A stretch of 64,000 bases of DNA from Chrysomallon squamiferum (taxonomy: Eukaryota; Animalia; Mollusca). A program made the position numbers and the translations under genes. The DNA lies in assembly GCA_012295275.1 (NCBI GenBank), contig CM022670.1, positions 17,484,001 through 17,548,000 on the forward strand, given 5' to 3'. Shown here piece after piece: positions 23,001 through 37,400 of this stretch (positions are counted from its first letter, which is position 1; the number at the start of each line of letters is the position of its first letter). The notes below the pieces were generated by a model. It ran no database searches. It was not told the origin of the DNA and was given only the letters and a program-made list of their open reading frames with translations.

Positions 23001-25746
23001 CATAATTATGACTTCAAATATATATAGATATATATATATATATCTGACATTTATGATTAATTACAAAAAAAGGGATATAAATGACCTAGTGCTGATGTAC
23101 AAGTCAAATTGAAAGTATTTTTATTATTTTCACACCAATTTAACAATTATTATGTACAAACCTCTAAAATTTCTTGGAAACTTTGGATTCTTTGCACATT
23201 CCCAGTCTATTAATACTAAAGACTCCACATCAGTTGGTTCTCTTAGGCATATATTTTGTGCTGCAAAACCAGTAAACAATTTCCTGTGTTTATTCTATTT
23301 TTTCTTAAAGTTTGTAAGGTCAACCAATCTATATCCATTTTGCTTACATGTAAGTAAATTTATTTATTCATTTTATTATCAGCAATCAGTTTTTGCCAAT
23401 AATGATTATTTTAAATATTAACAAGCTTGTGAGAATGTACAGAGAGCAATTGTAGTTACATTGTAATGTCATTTTATAAAAAGAAATGTAAACAAGTGCC
23501 CAATATATTAAAGAAATAACAATTTCAGAATAGTTAATTAAATCTATAAAATTATACTTTTAAAATATACTTCTGTGTATCATGCTATAACAATAAAAAG
23601 GAAAATATCTGCTTCAAAGCATCCTAAGAAGCTTTTTTAGTTATTGCAATTAAAAAACAAACAAAAAAATTGAAATATAACAATACATAGTGTTTAGATT
23701 ATTTATACATATCACCATGCTTTATACATGTAACTGTACATTAAAGAATTGTGACCTTTCTTAAGGTGATTATCTTAGTATTTTTCAACAAGATATACTG
23801 CTGTTAAACTGGCATTATTATTGGTATTATTATAAATCTACATTGTATTCCAAAGCATGTAAGACATTCTCAAGAAGATCTGTACATATTAAATATATTA
23901 TTTGAAATTATCTGGCAAAATCATTAAGACAGGCATTCTGCTGTCAATACAGAAACCACTTTAATAAAATTTAAGATAAGACTATAAACATTATCAAGAT
24001 TTCTTTTATATTCGAGCAACAGATTAATTATACTGCTTACCTTTGATGTCTCCATGGACAGTGTCCTGAGAATCTAGATCTTTTAAAATATGAAGAAGTT
24101 TTATCAGAAACTTTATAACCTTATCTTCTGGCCATGATAATACTGACCGGTCTATGGACATTCCTTTAAAAAAAAAAAAATAATAATAATAAACAAAAAA
24201 ATAATAATAATAAAAATTAAAATTAAAGGCAAAATCTGCAGTATGTATGTATATATGTATACAAATATCATTAAAACCATGGATCAAATAGAAATAATCA
24301 AAGTTACTGATTATTCATTAAATATGTGCATCTCCTAAAACACACATCTAATTGTGAAAAAAAAAAAAAAAATCAATAAAGAATTGAAAATGTAGCATGA
24401 GAGAACATTTTATAACAAAAAGCTTTAAAATCAATCTAAAACAAACCAGAAACATATTCCATGAAAATAGCAATGGAAGCAGTATATGTTTTGGCTATGC
24501 CAAATATTTTAATCATCCATGGATGTGTTTGATTTGCTAAAGGCAATTGAAATTCTTGCCTATGTTTCCAGTAGTGTTCAAAATTTATCTGCAAAAATAC
24601 AGATTATAATTAATACTGTTTAGGCCATGAGCCAGACCTATAAATTTCATGTCTGTGTTATTTTACAAATTAACTATACAGTGCATAGTTTCAGTTAGTA
24701 TTAGGTCTGAAAAGAATGTAATTATCGAATGGCTCCTAAATTCAGCCCAGTTCAAGGACAGTTTAGTAATGTGAATAATACAATATATACAAAAGAACAA
24801 TTAACTATCCATAGTTTATTATTTTAGTAAAAATTATTTTAGCTGTTCATAATATTATTTATCAAAAATGCATATTATTTTATCAAGAATGAATTGAGCT
24901 ATCACATAAAATTATTATTATTTACAAATAAATAGACATATATAAATTTGATCAACTATGCAACACAAAAAGTTATTCTGGATTAAAATACACATTACAT
25001 TTGACTCTTACCAGTTTTACGACGAAGGCGCAATTATTTGACGGCAAATAGTAATAGTAAATATTTTTAGTGTGCTCACTCATTAAATTGGGGTTTTTGG
25101 ACAAATTAAGAACATTCTGCAAAAAGAAAGTGGAATAAAAAATTCACTGTAGATGTGTTAATTTTCAATTAAATTACTAACATGAAAAAAAGTGTATTCT
25201 GAAAAAAAAAAAAAACATCAAACATTTGCAATTTCAGTAAAATATTACAATCAGAGATGATTTTTCTAACAAATAATTCTTTCAAAATATTTGAAAATAA
25301 ATTGAATGTAATGACATCTGAAGAGATAGTGGTTTTTTTTTATATGTCTTTTTAAAAAAATGTATATTACTGAAATTCTGCATGATTAGAAAAAGAAATG
25401 AATTATCTGTTGCATCCTTTACATACTGAAAGATATCAAAGAAAAAGGAATTAATTACCTCATTGATAATAACACCTTCACCTGCAGGATTCGTTTGTAA
25501 TTTTAGCTCATAGTCTTCTAAATCTTTTACTGTTCTCAGAACAAACTTAATTTTTCTGATATCAAATGGTTCGAGCTCTTGGCTGTTTGTACTCCTTAGC
25601 AATTTTGAAGGTCTTGGATTTACCTCTTCCCTATTAAGAGCAGGCCTCTTCTCACAGACATTTTGAATTTTTTCTTCAGGTTTACTTGTACCAGAATAAA
25701 TACCACTGTCAAGCCCTTGGTTAGTGATATTTTCTTCTTTCTCCAT
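20012..25746 (-). CDS. Atypical/divergent serine-threonine protein kinase (possibly MAP3K8/MAP3K14-related), 451 aa, 9 coding exons
   Basis: Exons 25746-25459, 25116-25012, 24588-24447, 24163-24041, 23260-23162, 22453-22269, 21527-21386, 21031-20922 and 20173-20012 are all GT-AG and phase-compatible, 1356 nt, no internal stop. Motifs: FVVK (II), RQEF (III), HPWMIKIFG (IV), IFMEYVSG (V), VHGDIKAQNI (VIb), LIDWECA (VII), GTVHYSPPW (VIII), LDRWAVGIL (IX). Confidence 0.85.
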
Positions 25747-25810
25747 ATCCTTTATCTGGAGATCACTGTTAATTTGCAAACAAATAGAACAATGATTATT
25801 TCAAACTTAC

Positions 25811-25940
25811 GTGACAATTCAACAAAATGGCGATAGAGAAAACAAAGTAAACTATTATCTCCACAGATTATGTAATCCAGAAATATCCTATTTATTTAAA
25901 CTGAATGTCAAAAATGAATTACTACTCCAAATCACGTCAT
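25811..25940 (-). promoter_or_regulatory. Probable core promoter / non-coding first exon of the kinase gene
   Basis: Donor cac|GTAAGT at 25810, a 55-nt intron to acceptor ctccAG| at 25756, a YY1-type motif CAAAATGGCG at 25823-25832, a CRE-like TGACGTGA at 25932-25939, and local CpG retention. Confidence 0.45.
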
Positions 25941-27169
25941 TTACTAGTAGCAGTATTTTAGCTAGTACATTTAACAATTTTCTTGCCAGCTTAAATAGCT
26001 TTCTAACTGCTCTGCTAGAAAAAGAAATAATGATAAGGTAGTAGCTTTAGTAAAAACAAAATTAGTGGACAGGAATTCTCGAAAGCAAGGACATTGTATG
26101 AAAATGTCTGTGAAAATAAACAAGATGGTCGTCATATAGCTATTGTCATACATAAAACAAGCTTATCTTAACATAATTACTTGATTCTCCAGCGATCAAT
26201 TCCGTCTTTAAGATTCAACTGATTCCTTATTTTAACTGATGTTTCACATGATTTAGTGTGTTCATTTTCTTTATTATGAAATATGTTCTGTAGTAAATAA
26301 ATAACTCAAACTGTACTCTTGTTGATGTTTCATTTATCTAGTGGACATTCATATATGATAGACATGATAACCTAGGCATTGGAACCATGACAATTATTAA
26401 TACATATTTATTTATATATATGTGTAGTTATTTTATCTTTTCTCTATTTCACAGAGACTCTTTAATAGACTAGATAATCTCAAAAATACATACATAAAAA
26501 ATTAATACTTCAATAAAATATTTATAGTTAGTTATGCAAAAGAAAGATAACCAGGTTTTACATTAAAAAAAGTTAGATTAGATTCTTCACATAGAATTAC
26601 AGATCAATAATCGAACTCAATAGTTAATTATGGATGTTGAATACTGAATTATTAATTATTATCTCTCTACTATATATATATATATATAAACCAGTGATTA
26701 TGTTTTGTTAAAAACTATGAATCTCACAGTTTAAGTGTCTTTACTTTGTCAGTATGACCATCGTTGTATGGTAAGCAGACTACTGTAAGTAAGTGACAAA
26801 ATCGTACTTTACTGTAATTACCCTGACCGTGCTATTGCTTGTAAATTGTATCAAATTGTACGAGATCCATAACAAATGTAATACTAATAGTAAATTAATG
26901 CACATATTCTTTTATTTATTATTATTATCATCACTATTATTATTATATTTTTATTTATTTATTTTTTTATTATTATTGTTGTTGTTGTTGTTGTTGTTGT
27001 TTTGCCATGTACGTAAGTAGTAAGTTATGATGAAATGCATTATCATTATGGTGGACACCAGAACACCTGGACAGTGTGCATACTAGATGGTGTCTATCAT
27101 TTTTATTTTGTTGCAATAATAAGAATTACAATCAAGTCTATTGTTTTTCAAATTTTTTGTCAGTTGTCA

Positions 27170-28360
27170 TTACCTTGATAGATATATATATCCACTAATT
27201 TTAAGGACTCAGTTTTTTCGAATGGAAATGACTTCAGTCTCCTTTTCAGAATACACATGCGTAAGTATCTTATTCGTTCTTCGTAGTTTCCTCCGTCGAG
27301 TAACGCGTCCCGCATATTCGCTGGATATCATGAAAATAATCTTCTGTCCATTAGAAAGTGCAGCGCGGACGCCAGTACCTAGTAGTCCAGTGTTCAGCTT
27401 AGTGATCGGAGTAGATGTAAAAATGTGCTTCCTAATGTAAATGATTAATAATGGAAATGGCATATAAAATGGTCCAGTATAAAGTGCAGACAGTAACAAA
27501 ACTATAAATTTACTGATTTGTTTTGCAGTGTCCAGCTAAACATCTTTTAACAGATCTGTAAGGATAAAATGATGACCAAATGCAACACACAAAACTGCTG
27601 GAATGTAGTTATTCTTGTCATGTTTCAAGAAATTTTGAACTTCAGCTTTTTCTGTAACGAGTCTACAAATTTCCTTATTGCCTGCCAGTGCAACATGATG
27701 CAATATTGTCTCACCAGTGATTGAAAGCCAGTCTAAGCACTGGTCTTCATCAAAAAGAATCTTCACACATTCCACCTGTTGGTTTTCAATGGCACACACA
27801 ATTGGTATTTTACCTTTCTGGGAGGATCTGCGAGTCCATGCTGTCATATTGTCAGTAGAATATTTCCTTATTAGCTTCAGTAACTGTAGGAGAGACTTCC
27901 TACAGTTATTCTCTCAGTTATTGAACAAAAATGAATAAAACGTTTTCATATTTTTAACAACAGTTTCTCCATCTACTTCAAGTACTGCACAAGCACCACT
28001 GTCATCCTTCATTGCCAGAAGATATGGGAGATCTATCTGTCCAAAATCTTGTAAATTTTACATTTCATAATCCATTAACAATCATTCTTTTTGTGTTTTT
28101 TTTTTCTTCATTTTTCCTGAAATCATCCAGCACTGTAATATCTTTTGGCATAAAGACTTGTTCATGCCTTGGCAGTTTTGAATTGTTGTCGAGGATATGT
28201 TTAAACCACCCTGTCAGATTTAGATCCATAACATCAAGAACCCTGTTTGACATCAAGTACATACAAACTTCATTCTGTCAAACCAGCCCTGGGAGAATGA
28301 CATTCCTTTTACAGGAGATGCAAGAAGGATGAGGTTGTCTTTGTCATTCTTACATCAGTC
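27170..28360 (-). pseudogene. Intronless ankyrin-repeat protein pseudogene (weak Fem-1-like resemblance)
   Basis: One frame runs ~28055 to 27209 with two in-frame stops (TGA ~27914, TAG 27536). It contains ankyrin repeats GKIPIVCAIENQQVECVKIL, GETILHHVALAGNKEICRLV and NYIPAVLCVAFGHHFILTDLL. Frameshifted segments lie on both sides. Confidence 0.6.
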
Positions 28361-31300
28361 ATATTTATTTGACCTATTCATACATCTTAAATAAAGGTTC
28401 TCCATCTCAGTGTGAACACTGTTAGTATACTTTGATAGTTAACCACATTTTGGTGGAATGCAATAATTTTGATGAGACTAGGAAAGATATATTTTATAGA
28501 TATGATGTGAGGAATTATTTAGGTTCCACCCAAATATTTTACTAACATTCTTTTATAATACATTTTAAATATCAGTTGAATGTGATATTCAGTTTTGCAC
28601 AGCTAATTTACACTGTGCTTTATAAACTTGATATTTTGTTATTAATTACTATTTAATTTCATATCAATCAAACAATTCCTAACTTTTGAAAGTTACACAA
28701 TTTTACTATAAATTTTAATTTCGTTAAACTGTGATACTTTTATTTTGTAGCTGTTTAAACTGCTTTTATTAATGTTTGAATTTTAATATATAAAGAAATA
28801 TCATTTTGTTTTATTTACCTTTGCTTTGACACCCAGTAGCTGTTTTTTCATCCTATAGTCATTAAACATTCATATATTCATTCATATAACAATAATATAT
28901 AATAATATATACACACATATATATATATATATACACACATATATACATATACACATATATATACATAATTCTTTCTTTACAATGTTCGTTTTACATATAT
29001 ATATTTATATATATATATATACATATATATATATACATATATATATAATGCATATAGTACAAAATTCAGTTAATTTGTATTGTATTCAGTATATATATAT
29101 ATATATATAAATTCTGTTATATATATAAATGTATTTAAGACACTTAAATTCATTTACAATTTAGTTTTTCCATATTGTGCTGCTTCTTTTGATATTTTTT
29201 GTACAGTATTTTACACTCATTTTCCAGCTCTTACCAGGATGTGAATGATAAATCTTTCACATTATAAAAACTTTGTTAAAAAAAGATGATCAAGTGATAG
29301 TATGACTGCTGTTCTCATTTGTTTCTTTAGCTACAAGATATAAAACATAAATTAACATATTATATTATTGAGCTAGTTAATTATAAATTACCATTCTCCA
29401 AGATTCAAATGTATTTAAATTGAGTTTTATTTGCTAAGCAACTATTAATTCATCTGAGTTTTGCAGAAGTAGAAAGAATATTAAACTGAAAATACATTTT
29501 ATGAAAACTATTATGCAAATATCAAAACAAATGATGTAGAAATAACATTATTTCACAAACTACTAATGAACTGGAATTTAGAAACAAGCCAGATATTTTT
29601 AGAAACATTTTTATTCTGTTTTTATATTATGGTACATTTGGTAATATTTTGTTTTACAAAGCTTTGTTTAAAAGTGGCTGGTGGCTAAAATTGCATTAAA
29701 AACAAGGTGAAGATGTAGCACCCATCATGTGACTAAATGTACTCAAATATGAAAACAGGGGAAAGGTTTTGAAGATTTGTCAGGATGCTGATCTAGTGTA
29801 GTTATACATAACCCACCTTTTTTTTTTTTTTTTTTTTTTAAATCACAATCCTAAATTTTTTCTAGGTGAGAAATATTTTATGATTCAATCAAGTAATTTA
29901 GCAAATTAAAAATTGCTGTCATATAAAACAATAGTTTTTGACTGATAAAAATTTTTGTCATGAAAAAAAATTAAAAGTATAAATGATGTGATGTGTTTAT
30001 ATTTTTAAACATTTGTACATATTTGTGTAGTATTACTGTATACTTACTGTATATGTATTTCAGTTATCAGAAACACTAGATCAATAACCCTTTTTCTTCA
30101 TTTCTCTACAGGGAACTACGAAAACCATAATCTGACAAATTAAAACAAATTTTTAAAATCTGAGTTTTCTAAAACATTGCATCATATATTGTTTTTAAAA
30201 AATATTTTTGATTGACTAAATATATCACTAATAAGTGACATTTGGCACATTTAGGGTAGTCTACATTTTAATAAACCTGATTTCAGAATTATAAAATAGT
30301 CAGGCGATATTCATAAATTGTATTTGTTACATTAAAAATATAGTAACAGCAATAATAGTAATAATAATGTTTATATTATGTTTAATTTTGGTGGATGAGC
30401 TAGAATGTGTGTACATTAAAAAATAATGATAATTAAAACTAATGGTTAAATGAATATATAAATAATATTTTTGTTTTGTTTTGTTTTTCTTTTTCACATT
30501 TGTAAATTATACAGACCAATTTTGTAATCAATGGACAAAACCATATAGAAATTACCATTCATGATTACCACAGAGAAAGTATGATATGACTACTACTTTC
30601 CTATTGGTCAGAGCTTAAATGATTTTTTACTGAGATACAAATTACAAAAAAAATTTAAAAACAAAAATTAAAAAAATTATGAAAGTTTAAGAGCACTGAA
30701 ACTTAATTACCCTGCTTTCTTTTATATAAACATATTCCTAAAAGTAATAAATTATAGAACTTTATAAACAGTTTTAAAGTAAATTTAAAATGTCAGATTT
30801 CAGTATAAAATGGGTTTAAATACTGTTTGGTGCAGGATATCACTGAAATATCATTTTAAAAACAATGTTTTATGTGATACAACAGGTACAATATTTTAGT
30901 GTAGTTTAAGTTGCAAGGTCAATGTAGATGTAACTAACTTGTAGAAATATGTTTGTTATTTGTAATGAATGTTTATTTTGTTATATTTTAGTATTAATTA
31001 TACTGATTAACTTTCAGAGCTGCACCAAACTGTATTTTATATGTAAAAAAGGGGAAGGGAAAGGGAAAGTTTTAAAATATTTTCATGTTGAATGGTCACC
31101 ATGGTTACAGAACATTTTTGAGCAAAATATTACAAGACATTAAAACACAAACACAACAGTCATATCAGTTTAAAATGGAACTATAATAATATAGCCTTGC
31201 CTTGGTAGTAATAAAATAGGTTACATTTTTCAAATTTGTTTAAAAAAAAAAAAAAAAAAATGTTCAGTGTTCTTAAATATTTATACTCGCATAGTACTTT

Positions 31301-31540
31301 AGATTATACAGTAAATATCTTAATAGGATGAATGTCATTATTTGTTTTGTCCATAAACATCAAGAGAATTTTGTCACATGAACTGACATGATATCCTTTT
31401 GTTTGGAGATGTAAGATAATAATGTTATGGTCCTGTTTTGAGATGGGTTTTTTAATACTAATGATCTTTCTATACTCTATTTTCTTATCCCAATAGAAAT
31501 AAAACTATCATTGTTTAAAAGAACAATAGTTGTTTAAACA

Positions 31541-31541
<1 letters not shown>

Positions 31542-31598
<57 letters not shown>
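31542..31598. repeat. (TA)n microsatellite
   Basis: Perfect dinucleotide run. Confidence 0.95.
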
Positions 31599-31604
<6 letters not shown>

Positions 31605-32285
31605 CCCTCAATAATAAATAGAACATTAATATCTTGAACCAAACCAAGACAGTTGCATCTGAATGTTTATAATACTTCCATGTGGATATCTTATATATCT
31701 TATATCTTATATATCCCAAATTTCTGAATTGATTACAAATATCTGCCAATACAGAATAAATAAATAAAAATAAAAATAAAAAATAAAAACAATTTTAATT
31801 GCAATATTCATTTGCATATTCAAAAGAATACATGTTAAAAATGTTTATTTAAATAAAAGACTTTCATGAGAAAATATTTTAATATCTTTGTTTCACATTA
31901 GTTAAAAAACAGCTATTAATTTATATCAATTTTTGACCAATACAAATTTCCTTATTAGAAAGAATATAATACATTTTAAAAATTAATATTTAAAAGTTGT
32001 TCTGAAAATGTTATAACAATACATCCATTTTATTCTTAAAACTAATTGTCATTCCAATTTTGGGGGTTCTGAAAACAGAACTAAATATTAAAGCTGTAAT
32101 CATAATGGAACATATAAATATATTAAAATAAAAAAATAAACAAAACATATAAAAAAAAAAAATCAAATATAAGGAGAACAAAATTTGATTTGAGCTCTTT
32201 GGTTAAAGCATGATATAACAGAATATTATCACTGACTAATGCTAGATAATACATCTGTAACCATGGTGACAGTATTATGCTGAGC

Positions 32286-33046
32286 TTAATTGACGGGGCA
32301 GGAGTCCATCTTAATATCTCCAACTGCCATTCCTGAGCCGATGTACTGAATCGTATTGTCCAGGTAAAGATTTCGTATACAACCAAGATAGTTAGAGCCA
32401 GCAGAAATTCCTTTCTTACCAAAATCTGTATTAAATAGAAAAATAAATAATAAGAAATACAGAATTACATTCTAAAATATAAAAAAAAAATATTAAGAAA
32501 TAGTTATCTTTATGGCACTGATATTGCTTCAATTTACACATTTGTGAAATGGATTCAAATAATTTTATTTTATATTATTTTTTTTAAAGTACATTGTTTT
32601 CAAGAAAAATTCAAATATAAGAGAAAAACAATATTTTTATTATTCTTAAAATTTTTGAAATAAATAATTTTGTGATTTTGGACACCATGAATGATGTCTT
32701 TAATTATTTTAGCACAGCAATGTAAGTAAAATACTTTCTAAATGTATATGTATATATTTTACTAAATAAGTAATAAAACAACTGCAAATGTTAAAATGGA
32801 TGTATGACACATACCTGGAGCACCACCGACATAGAGAGGGTCTTTAGTATCAGCAGAGGACACACCAGGTTTGCCTATACCTGTCTTAGCAGCCTTCCCA
32901 TCAACCTTCAGTGTTATCACCTCTTTTGTCTTCACAGCTGTAACAAAATGTTTTTACAACCCTAATTAAAGCATTTTAAAACTTTTTGGTTTGTCATAAT
33001 TTCAAATGAAATGAGTGCATACTTCTGCCCGCATGCATGCATGCAT

Positions 33047-33080
<34 letters not shown>

Positions 33081-33274
33081 CCAGCTGCCATACTATCAAC
33101 CATAATCATGCTTCCACAAACAAACACGTATGCAAATACACAGATGCACATTCCCCACAGACAGGCACTTACCTTCTATTGTGTGCCAGTTTCCATCACA
33201 CATAGCTGTTTTTGTTGAAGGATCAAACATTGTTTCAATAGCACCTGCTCCATTGTCAACAATGAAATGTACCT

Positions 33275-33326
<52 letters not shown>

Positions 33327-34449
33327 TAACAACAACAATAATAGTAACAGTTTCTAGTGCATCATATAAATGAAATTTTACTATCAAGGATTTACTATTA
33401 TTAAAATCATTTATTATAATAAATAATAAGATTAGAAAATGATTTATGTCCATTTTTAACTGAAATAACTGATTTTAAACTACACAGTGATTTCTTTTTT
33501 ATTTTAATTAATTTAACTGACCACTCACTTTGCCCTCAATCATCTGCAGGACCAGGTAGTCTCCTTTTGAAGAGTGGACAGCAAGGAGGACTCCTGATGT
33601 GCTCCTTGGTCTGACATCAACTTTTATATCCAGGTTTTGTCCCACCTTGAAGTTGTCAGCTGTCAAACATTGAGAAGAGAGAATGTATGTTACTGTTAAA
33701 TACAATGAATCTCACATTCTGCTTATTATTCTGCTTATTATTATGATGATGTGAGAGAGAAAAATAACCACTGTCACTTCTTTCTTACTGACCAGAAGCT
33801 AGGAATCTTCAATAGGTATTTTCCAAAATGTTTACCTACATACCTTGAACTTGTAAGAATGATAAGAGGTTTATAATATTATTAAATGTTAAGGGTGTCA
33901 GTACCTAGTTATTTAAATGGTGTTGATGTGAATGAAGACATCCACTTCATTTATTACCTGGTGTACATAAACCATTATTGATCTTCAGTCAGGAATCTTT
34001 AATAACGTTTTCCAAAATTTTTACTACAGACATTGATAACTTGTCAGATGCTTAATTAGAACAGGAAACAATCTGTGTCTGCTTTAAAATGAAGATAAGA
34101 TTAAAAACCCAAGAAACTAAGAAATGTAATGATACAATAATAAAAGAAAATAAACTTCTGGTACTTTTGCTGTTATGAATACATACATTTGTTCAAGTTT
34201 GCCATAAGTAAATAAATAAAAGTAAACAACAATATAGCAAATTATTTCTAGCATAACAATACCAATTTTAACGTATCCTCCCTTGCTGTGGTAGAAAGTT
34301 CCGGATTCCATGCTGTTTGTACAGGGATGTATAGCTATTTCACTGGAAGGTTTTGAAAAGTCCATACTGTTCATCTGAAAGTTTCTTATACACCCAACAA
34401 AGCTGGAGGCACCACCCTGAGTGAATGAAAAATGAAATAAAATTAATAT

Positions 34450-34490
<41 letters not shown>

Positions 34491-37400
34491 ATAAATTAAT
34501 GAATTAAAATTAAAACAAATACAAGTAATTAAAACTTCCTCCATGTCATAAGAGATTAAACAGTAAAAATAAATAGTTTCTTAATTTTATATAAAATCTC
34601 ACCTTCAGATTTGCTTTCACTTTAGTTTGATTCTGAAACTGCAATGGAATTCCACCAACGTAATATGGAGGTTTTACATTTATTGATTTTGTCCGTCCTT
34701 CAGTTTTGAAGTTACCTACAACCTCTCCATCAATTTCAAGCCTTCCATTGGTAGTCTGTCTAGCAAATGTCACCTAATCAAATAAATAAATAAAATAGTA
34801 ATAAATAATAAATAATAAAATATACAATTATCTATGATAAAATGATACACAAATATCTACTGTGTAAAATTACATGGAATTATTTCCAATATTGCAAAAT
34901 AAAGAATATGATTGTTTAATAACACAAAATTATATCAAATATATATAATAATATTCAACAAACATCTAATAAATAGAATAAAATGCATTATCCAATATAC
35001 AAAATAATATGTTATTATATGTAAATTACACAAGTCCAATCATACATTCATATAGTGATTACATTTGTATTAACTAGTTAGGAAGTTTTTAATGAATTTA
35101 ACATCTGCGAAACTTTAAATTATTTAACAATAACTACATGTTGTTATGTACTCATGACAGCCACATAACCATACCGAATGCCAATTCCCGTCATTGTACT
35201 TCTGTTGACTGGTTGTAGATGCTCGTCCACTTCCACAGTTGAAGCCATACACAAGATGACCATTGGCCATGTGAAGTCCAATGTAATCAGTATGTGATCT
35301 GTCATTCACATAGAAAATTGTACCACTTCCTGCAACTGTCTTAAATTCTACTTTGAAGACTGACCTGTAAAGAGTAATACAAAATTTAGTAAACAAAAAA
35401 AAAACACACCCCAAAACAACAAACCAATATATAATGAATAAAAAAACTAACACTACCACCACCACCACCACCACTACTTATACTACTATAACCATAACCT
35501 CTACTACTACCACCACCGCTACTTATATTACTATAATATCACCTCTACTACTACTACCACTATCACTACTTATACTACTATAACCATCACCTCTACTACT
35601 ACCACCACCACATAGTTATAACCATCACCTCTACTACTACCACCACCACTACTTATATTACTATAACATCACCTCTACTATTACCACCACCACCACCACC
35701 ACCACCACTTCTGTCACCACTGTTAATACTGCAACTACCCCACCATCACCATTACTTCTACTACTGTTATCACCATACCACTACCACTACTTCATCACCA
35801 ATAATGTGAGAAGATGTTTTCACCTGAGTCGGAAGGGACCAGGTAATTTATGATATTGACTGCGACTGTCTTTCTCAGCTCCGTATCTAACCCCACTAAC
35901 AACTCCTTCTGCTTCCAGGTCAGTTTCAGATGGCAACACACACTGGTCAGCTGTTTCCACACCCGGCTCAACAGTCTCCACTGCAATGTAAATTACGTAC
36001 TCAAGTCAGATTTTAAATATACCATTTATAAAGAAAATGTGTTTGTAAATGTGCGTTTTCATGACAAGGGTATATAAGCAAGCTAGTGCTGCATTGGTAA
36101 ACAGAAATATCTGAGTAACCTCATGAGCATACAAGAAAAAGTTCTTACTTCATCAGCCAAGATTGGTAATAACAATAACAACAATAATTGTAACAACAAA
36201 ATAATAATAATGATGATGATGACAGTAAGACCAATAAAATAATAACAATAATAATGATGTAATGACAATAACTAACAACAAATATAGTAGCAACAACAAC
36301 AGTAGTAATAAACTATGAATGTTAAACATTTACAAGAAAACACTTCAGGTAAACTCATCACTTGAACAAATATAGCGGAATAAGTATGTTATTACAGATG
36401 ACAAATAAAACTTACTTTCTTTGCCAGTGTCAGGTCCTGTAGTTGTTGCTTCTTTCTCTTCCACTTTGTCTGCGAAAGGACACCCAGCCAAGTTTACACC
36501 TGGACGGTCACTTTCCTTAATACTGGCGAAGTTGATAAACCTAAACATTCAAATTTACACATCTTTAATTCCTGAATAAAAACAAATAATTTTTGTCGTG
36601 TCAAAATATTTTACATTAATCTCTTTAGTATTTTTAGTAAGAGCTATAGAAGTCACAGTTGTGACTTTCTCAATAACCAGAATGTCGACTATAGCAGTCA
36701 CAATACACTGATTTACAAAAGGATATCTCATGTGTCACCTAATTACTGCAGTACCAGTGTTTCCTACATTTATTCATAGATCATGCATTACTTACGTTTA
36801 ATTAACAGACATAGTAATACAGTCTGTAGGTACTGATTTAATATTTAATTATATATCTTATATTAATACTAGTAACTAATAAACCATACATTTATTTATT
36901 TATTTATTTATTCACCAGTTTTATGATCCAAACTGAAGAACTTAGATCCATCATTATCTACCCATAGATCATATTTTTTTGAGATAATTTGAAATTATTA
37001 AAATAAATTAAAATTATGTTCAAAAGATTTTCTTAATGGTTACACTTAAATTTGATTGACATAAATTACACTACACTTACATTGATAAATATATAAATAT
37101 CATTATACAGTTGATTATATTCCTACGACTGACATACTTTCATTTATTTATGCACTGAGCTTTACTTTTTTATTACTAACCTTTTATTAACTGTGACGTC
37201 ACCTATACAGCCTACAGTTCTCAGTGTGGTGGGGACAACATCGTCAGTTACTGAATACGACTGAGGCAATCCACCAAAATACAAAGGTGTTGTTGTCAAG
37301 AGATTGTCTACAGCACCATCAGCAGTGGAGTCAATCATCTCCTGATCATCAATGTTCATTGTTAACCTAGCAAAAAATAATAATAAAATAAAAATAAGAA

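Noticed and set aside
20012-28360. Single ankyrin-kinase fusion gene, or an NF-kB-pathway gene cluster
   Set aside because: The kinase has its own promoter-like first exon at ~25811-25850 and the ankyrin ORF is disrupted. A pathway link would rest only on weak similarities.
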